Program-made: the position numbers and the translations under genes
The notes under the pieces: generated by a model
What the model was told of the DNA's origin: nothing
Database searches by the model: none
Seen by the model: only the letters and a program-made list of their open reading frames with translations
In this document: positions 32,902 to 37,143 of the stretch, one piece after another
How the letters are laid out: each line of letters opens with the position of its first letter
How positions within the stretch are numbered: the stretch's first letter is position 1
Assembly: GCA_002476865.1 (NCBI GenBank)
Contig: DLNA01000003.1
Coordinates: 1-37,143, forward strand
Length of the DNA stretch: 37,143 nt
Source: Patescibacteria group bacterium UBA7522
GTDB taxonomy: Bacteria; Patescibacteriota; CPR2; UBA1875
Direction: 5' to 3'

Positions 32902-34386
32902 TTAATCATTAACTACCACCTCTCCACCCAGAATAGATACTGCCTCGTCTGAGCTTTGAGGCAAGGAACCTCTTCCTAAGTTTTCGTTTAAAAGACATCT
33001 GACCTGATATCTTTTTCCGTAAACCTTTTCAACTATATCTTCTACTATAATACGATTTTTTGATTCTTCAAGTTTTTCCTTGTGGAATTTATAAGGAAAA
33101 TTAAGACAGAGGTCATTATCAGTGAAAAGAGGGTTAGCAACCCTTAAAAAAGCATGAAGAGTGTTGTTTTTGGCTTTAACTTCTAGCAAAAAGTGATGCC
33201 ACTGGCCATTAGTTCTTTTGTCTTTAATTGGTAAATCTTTCTTTTTTACTTCTTTTGTGGGGACTTCTATCTTCTCGGATTTAATCTCCTGACTAGTTGA
33301 AGCACCCTCCGATTCAGAAGTATCTATAACAAATATCGAAAGAGCAAATTCCGGATCAATCCCACTCCTAAAGTTTTTCTGAAGCTCGCTAAGACCCCTG
33401 GAGAGAGCTGATAGCTTTGATGTTTCTACTGTCGCCGAGATTTGGGCGATATCTTCTAGCTGTTCGGCGGTACCCTCAACTTCGTCTATTCCAACGAGTT
33501 TCGCAATAATTATTTTTGAAACCTCTTCTTGAATTGCCCTTGTAAAAATTACCAGATCAAATCCGCTTTTAGCTAACCTGTTGACGGTCTTTAGGGTTTT
33601 TTTTATATTTCCGCTTATTAAACTCTTAATAAAACCAAAAACTTCCTTGTGTGGAGCTAGGCCAATTATCTCTACAATATCTTTAGAGCTAATCTCCCTT
33701 AAACCCGTGCTTGAAAGTTGGTCAAGGATTGAAAGAGCATCCCTAAGTCCACCTTCTGAGGCCTCTGCAATAAGCTCGAGGGCATCATCTGATGTTTTTA
33801 TTTTCTCTTTCTCTGTAATAAAATGAAGGCGCGTCACGATATCTTTAAGTTTTATTCTCTTAAAATCGTGCCTCTGACACCTTGAGATTATTGTAGTCGG
33901 GACTCTATTTATCTCCGTTGTCGCAAGAATAAAAAAAGCATGAGAAGGGGGTTCTTCTAGCGTCTTTAAAAGAGCGTTAAAGGCCTCTTTTGTAAGCATA
34001 TGAACCTCATCTATTATAAAAATCTTGTAGGAACTCTCCGAGGGGGCAAATTTTATCTTTTCTCTCAGGTCTCTTATCTCGTCAATGCCCCTATTAGATG
34101 CTGCATCTATCTCGATTAAATCGAGCGTGGCATTTTCTTTAATAGCACGACAGCTCTTACACTTACCACAAGCGTTACTTCCGGTCCTTGATTCACAGTT
34201 TAAGGCCTTGGCCAAAATTCGAGCTACCGATGTTTTTCCGGTTCCTCTTGGACCAGAGAAAAGATAGGCGTGAGAAACCATATTCTCTTTTAAGGCATTA
34301 GAAAGAACACGAGTAATATGATCTTGTCCATATATCTCGCTAAATTTTTCTGGTCGATACTTACGATAAAGAGCAATCTTTTGCAT
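32902..34386 (-). CDS. dnaX: DNA polymerase III subunit gamma/tau
   Basis: ALYRKYRPEKFSEIYGQDHI, GPRGTGKTS, the zinc module CGKCKSC and the IIDEVHML motif. I prefer ATG 34386. The track starts at GTG 34392. Confidence 0.92.
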   Translation of the reverse strand: MQKIALYRKYRPEKFSEIYGQDHITRVLSNALKENMVSHAYLFSGPRGTGKTSVARILAKALNCESRTGSNACGKCKSCRAIKENATLDLIEIDAASNRGIDEIRDLREKIKFAPSESSYKIFIIDEVHMLTKEAFNALLKTLEEPPSHAFFILATTEINRVPTTIISRCQRHDFKRIKLKDIVTRLHFITEKEKIKTSDDALELIAEASEGGLRDALSILDQLSSTGLREISSKDIVEIIGLAPHKEVFGFIKSLISGNIKKTLKTVNRLAKSGFDLVIFTRAIQEEVSKIIIAKLVGIDEVEGTAEQLEDIAQISATVETSKLSALSRGLSELQKNFRSGIDPEFALSIFVIDTSESEGASTSQEIKSEKIEVPTKEVKKKDLPIKDKRTNGQWHHFLLEVKAKNNTLHAFLRVANPLFTDNDLCLNFPYKFHKEKLEESKNRIIVEDIVEKVYGKRYQVRCLLNENLGRGSLPQSSDEAVSILGGEVVVND

Positions 34387-34456
34387 TTCCACCTATCTAT
34401 TATAGCCAGAATTCAGCGAATGTGTAGACAAAAATATTAATCGAGAGATTGATTGC

Positions 34457-35656
34457 TTATTCGTACCTCATTGCCTCAAGAGGATCTATTTTAGAGGCCC
34501 TTCTTGACGGATAGATGCCGGTAATAAAGCTCAGAATAAGAGCCGAAACAAAAATTACGATAATAAATGATAGTGGTGAATAGAATATCTCTACGGCCTT
34601 GTTTCCGGTTGCCCTTGCAATACCAGCGATGAAGCCATTTAATACAGCTCCAACCGAAAGACCCAAAGATATTCCAATTAAACTTCCAGCAACCCCAATA
34701 ACTAGGGCCTCTGTAATAAAAAGCCGCCAGATATCTCTGCCTGTTGTGCCCAAGATCTTCATAAAGCTGATCTCTCTTGTTTTTTCTAACAAAGATATTG
34801 TAAGAGTGTTAAACATGCCCAAAGCCGCAATAATTACGGCGATAGAACCAAAGGCAAGGAGTATTAACTGGAAAATAGAAAAAAATTGGTTTATTTGATC
34901 AACAGTATCCTTAAGTGCGGTTGTTTTGTAACCCAGATTTTCAAGCTGTGATCTTGTCTGAGAGGTCGCCTCTTTACTCGAGACCTTAACTTTGGCAGAA
35001 CTATAGTTAACAAGACCAAAGCTCTTAACCGTTTCTAGCGGAATATACACATAAGGAGCATCATCGTTAGCCATCACCCCAGTCACCTTAAAATCATCTG
35101 AAACCCGAATTGGTTTTTCCTCGCCTTCGCCCAAAAGCTCTGAGTTAATGCTAAACGATATTTTAACTTTTTTCCCAACCAGATCTTTAAAATTTTCATA
35201 GCCCAACTGTCTAGCGGCCGATCGATTTAGAATGGTTTCTTTCTGAAAATCGTCATCATAAACTGATCCGCTGTCATAAGAGATATCTTCAAGCGAAAGA
35301 TAATCCGAGTTTCTTCCATAGACAACCCCCTCAACAGAGCTTGTACCCATAGCAAAGCTACCGACTAGCTCGGTCTGGAAAACAACCCTCTCAACATTAG
35401 AAAGGTTTTCAAACTTTCTAATTGCTTCCTCATTTATTTTGACAATTTTTGATTTTCCAGGGGTAACATCAATAATCTGTAGCGCTTCAAGGTTTGCTAT
35501 TTCTTCAGTTGATATTCTTTGAAGACCATAACCCAAAGATACCAAAAACAATATAAAGCCGACACCGATCGAAATACCCGCTATCGTTAAAATTGATCGC
35601 AATTTATGTCCGGCGATGTTTTTTAATGCTAACTTAAGAATATAGCGCCTGTTCAT
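34457..35656 (-). CDS. ABC transporter permease, FtsX/MacB-type
   Basis: 399 aa. The layout is an N-terminal TM helix (LRSILTIAGISIGVGFILF), a large periplasmic domain, and a C-terminal three-helix FtsX domain. Confidence 0.85.
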   Translation of the reverse strand: MNRRYILKLALKNIAGHKLRSILTIAGISIGVGFILFLVSLGYGLQRISTEEIANLEALQIIDVTPGKSKIVKINEEAIRKFENLSNVERVVFQTELVGSFAMGTSSVEGVVYGRNSDYLSLEDISYDSGSVYDDDFQKETILNRSAARQLGYENFKDLVGKKVKISFSINSELLGEGEEKPIRVSDDFKVTGVMANDDAPYVYIPLETVKSFGLVNYSSAKVKVSSKEATSQTRSQLENLGYKTTALKDTVDQINQFFSIFQLILLAFGSIAVIIAALGMFNTLTISLLEKTREISFMKILGTTGRDIWRLFITEALVIGVAGSLIGISLGLSVGAVLNGFIAGIARATGNKAVEIFYSPLSFIIVIFVSALILSFITGIYPSRRASKIDPLEAMRYE

Positions 35657-36433
35657 TTAAATTCTCACTTCTTCATTTTTATCTTGAGGGATAATATCGC
35701 TTTTAATATCTTCATCTACTACATTGACTCGTTTTTTAACACTTGTCTTAATTATTTTTCCATCCTCCATTTTTATAACCCTGGTAGCGTATTTTTCGTA
35801 ATCAGGATTATGAGTAACCATTATTACTGTTCTTTTTGACTCTGAATTCAAATACTGAAAAACGTACATTAAATCAGAAGCCGAAACAGTGTCAAGATTT
35901 CCGGTCGGCTCATCGGCAACAATAATCCAAGGATTGGTAATTAGCGCCCGAACAACAGAGGCGCGTTGTTGCTGACCTCCAGATAGCTCGGCCGGAGCAT
36001 TTTTTTCAAATTCATCCAAACGAAAAAGTTCAAGAATTTTTCGAGCTCGCTTATTTGCTTGACCTTCTGGAGCACCAAGAACGGCCATTGGTAGAGCAAC
36101 ATTCTCGATTATATTAAGCGATCTAATCCAGTTTGGTTGCTGATGAACAATTCCAAATTTTTTACTTCTGAAGATAGATCTTTCATCCAGTGTCAGTTCA
36201 GAATAAATGTCCGCTCCCCTTATTAAGACCTGACCACTGGTCGGTTTTTCTAGTCCAACTAAAGTATTTAAAAGTGTACTTTTGCCACAACCGGAAGGCC
36301 CAAAAATAACAACAAATTCTCCGCTGTATATCTCAAGATCAATGTTTTTAAGAACATCAACCTGACCCTTACCAACAACAAAGGACTTGTTAAGGTTTTT
36401 TATTTCTATAATTGGTTTTTTAGCTTTAGGAAT
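35657..36433 (-). CDS. ABC transporter ATP-binding protein (MacB/LolD-like) with no canonical start codon; ATT 36433 proposed
   Basis: The track reports only the C-terminal 143 aa, from ATG 36088. The same frame stays open upstream to 36442. That upstream part encodes PKAKKPIIEIKNLNKSFVVGKGQVDVLKNIDLEIYSGEFVVIFGPSGCGKSTLLN..., including Walker A and the Q-loop. No ATG/GTG/TTG codon occurs in it. GGGGGG, agt, then ATT lies at 36433; alternatives are ATT 36412 and ATA 36409. Confidence 0.8.
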   Translation of the reverse strand: MPKAKKPIIEIKNLNKSFVVGKGQVDVLKNIDLEIYSGEFVVIFGPSGCGKSTLLNTLVGLEKPTSGQVLIRGADIYSELTLDERSIFRSKKFGIVHQQPNWIRSLNIIENVALPMAVLGAPEGQANKRARKILELFRLDEFEKNAPAELSGGQQQRASVVRALITNPWIIVADEPTGNLDTVSASDLMYVFQYLNSESKRTVIMVTHNPDYEKYATRVIKMEDGKIIKTSVKKRVNVVDEDIKSDIIPQDKNEEVRI

Positions 36434-36490
36434 ACTCCCCCCATCTGATTATATTATATTAAAACAAAAACAATCTTTAAACCCCTTTAA

Positions 36491-37143
36491 TTAACCGCTA
36501 AACAACCACCCAATCGCACTCTGAAGCGAGTTGATGATTACGTCTAGAACGCCTCTTGAGGCCTGTGGGGTAAGAGTAGCGTGCTCATCACTCTTGCCTT
36601 CGTTGGCACTTTTATCCTTGGAAATGATTCTAAAGTGATAAGGCGATGAGGTTTTAAGGTCGGAGATAATAACAACATGGGAGGTTGTTAGGGAGGTGTC
36701 CTCTTGAGTGCGATTAGTGTAATTGCCAGAAGAACCGATGCCATATTCAACCTGAGAAGTAGCCGGTTCGTCTGTCTCCCAAGAGACGATGATCTGACCT
36801 TTTGCCTCAAGACCAAAACCCTGAATTTCGGTTTCGGTAGTAACGTTTAGAATCTCTGGTGGACGAGTATCAAAATCCGTTCTAACTTTATTGGCATCAG
36901 AGACGGCTAAATTACCATAGGCATCCCTACCCTCAACGGTCATTACATAATCAGTGTTATCTTTAAGACCTGTAACCATCATTGAGTGCTTTGTAACTAG
37001 TTTTGATGAAGAGACCTCACGAGTATTACCACCGTTTGCTTCACGGTATTTAACAACGCCTGTTAGGGGTACGTTAGAATCCCAGGTGACTTTAAGGGTG
37101 GAGGTTGCCATGTTCTTTTGTTGCTCGAAACGGACGTTGGAGA
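36491..37143 (-). CDS. Fibronectin-type-III-repeat surface protein, C-terminal part (gene runs off the right edge)
   Basis: The frame is open to the window edge (...SNVRFEQQKNMATSTLKVTW...). There are two FN3/PurAP-N-like repeats (TLKVTWDSNVPLTGVVKY...DYVMTV and QIIVSWETDEPATSQVEYG...YHFRIIS) and a hydrophobic C-terminus. Confidence 0.6.
   Translation of the reverse strand, partial: SNVRFEQQKNMATSTLKVTWDSNVPLTGVVKYREANGGNTREVSSSKLVTKHSMMVTGLKDNTDYVMTVEGRDAYGNLAVSDANKVRTDFDTRPPEILNVTTETEIQGFGLEAKGQIIVSWETDEPATSQVEYGIGSSGNYTNRTQEDTSLTTSHVVIISDLKTSSPYHFRIISKDKSANEGKSDEHATLTPQASRGVLDVIINSLQSAIGWLFSG

Noticed and set aside
1-37143. CRISPR arrays, IS elements, integrases, prophage or toxin-antitoxin and defence genes
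   Set aside because: There are no regularly spaced direct repeats, and no transposase, integrase or phage-like ORFs in any frame. The only tandem repeat is the 35-nt heptamer run in dus.

Overview
AT-rich window of 37 kb (about one third G+C by eye) with very high coding density. All roughly 37 protein genes I call lie on the minus strand; the only plus-strand gene is a tRNA-Gln. The gene content suggests a small-genome, Gram-positive-like bacterium. It is plausibly a Patescibacteria/CPR (Microgenomates-like) lineage, but that is inference from content only. The genetic code is standard: RF2 is present and TGA is used as a stop.

The backbone is housekeeping: ftsE (partial), prfB, secA, hpf, serS, class I lysK, greA, glyQS, recO, a CheY-like regulator, PBP1A, dus, cysS, an MsbA-like exporter, recR, ybaB, dnaB, dnaX and a MacB/FtsX-type ABC pair.

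Three stretches are not ordinary:
1. A roughly 5 kb cell-surface module (1484-6348) sits between secA and prfB. It holds two paralogous LPxSG sortase-type surface proteins, a CcdA/DsbD-like membrane thiol transporter, and a sharply bounded high-GC island of about 1 kb. The island encodes a proline-rich single-pass membrane protein driven by a near-consensus local promoter.
2. A 6 kb envelope-glycosylation cluster (25533-31493) plus dnaB separates dnaX from ybaB-recR. It contains GtrA, GT2 and three GT-C/ArnT-like paralogues. A four-helix-bundle (23S IVS-type) gene is also wedged between ybaB and recR.
3. A GC-rich, densely base-paired element of about 240 nt with no class assignment lies just downstream of tRNA-Gln (19727-19966).

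Two well-supported coding frames lack any ATG/GTG/TTG start. Each has a GGGGG Shine-Dalgarno followed 3-4 nt later by ATT or ATA. No CRISPR array, transposase, integrase, rRNA or recognisable defence gene was seen.
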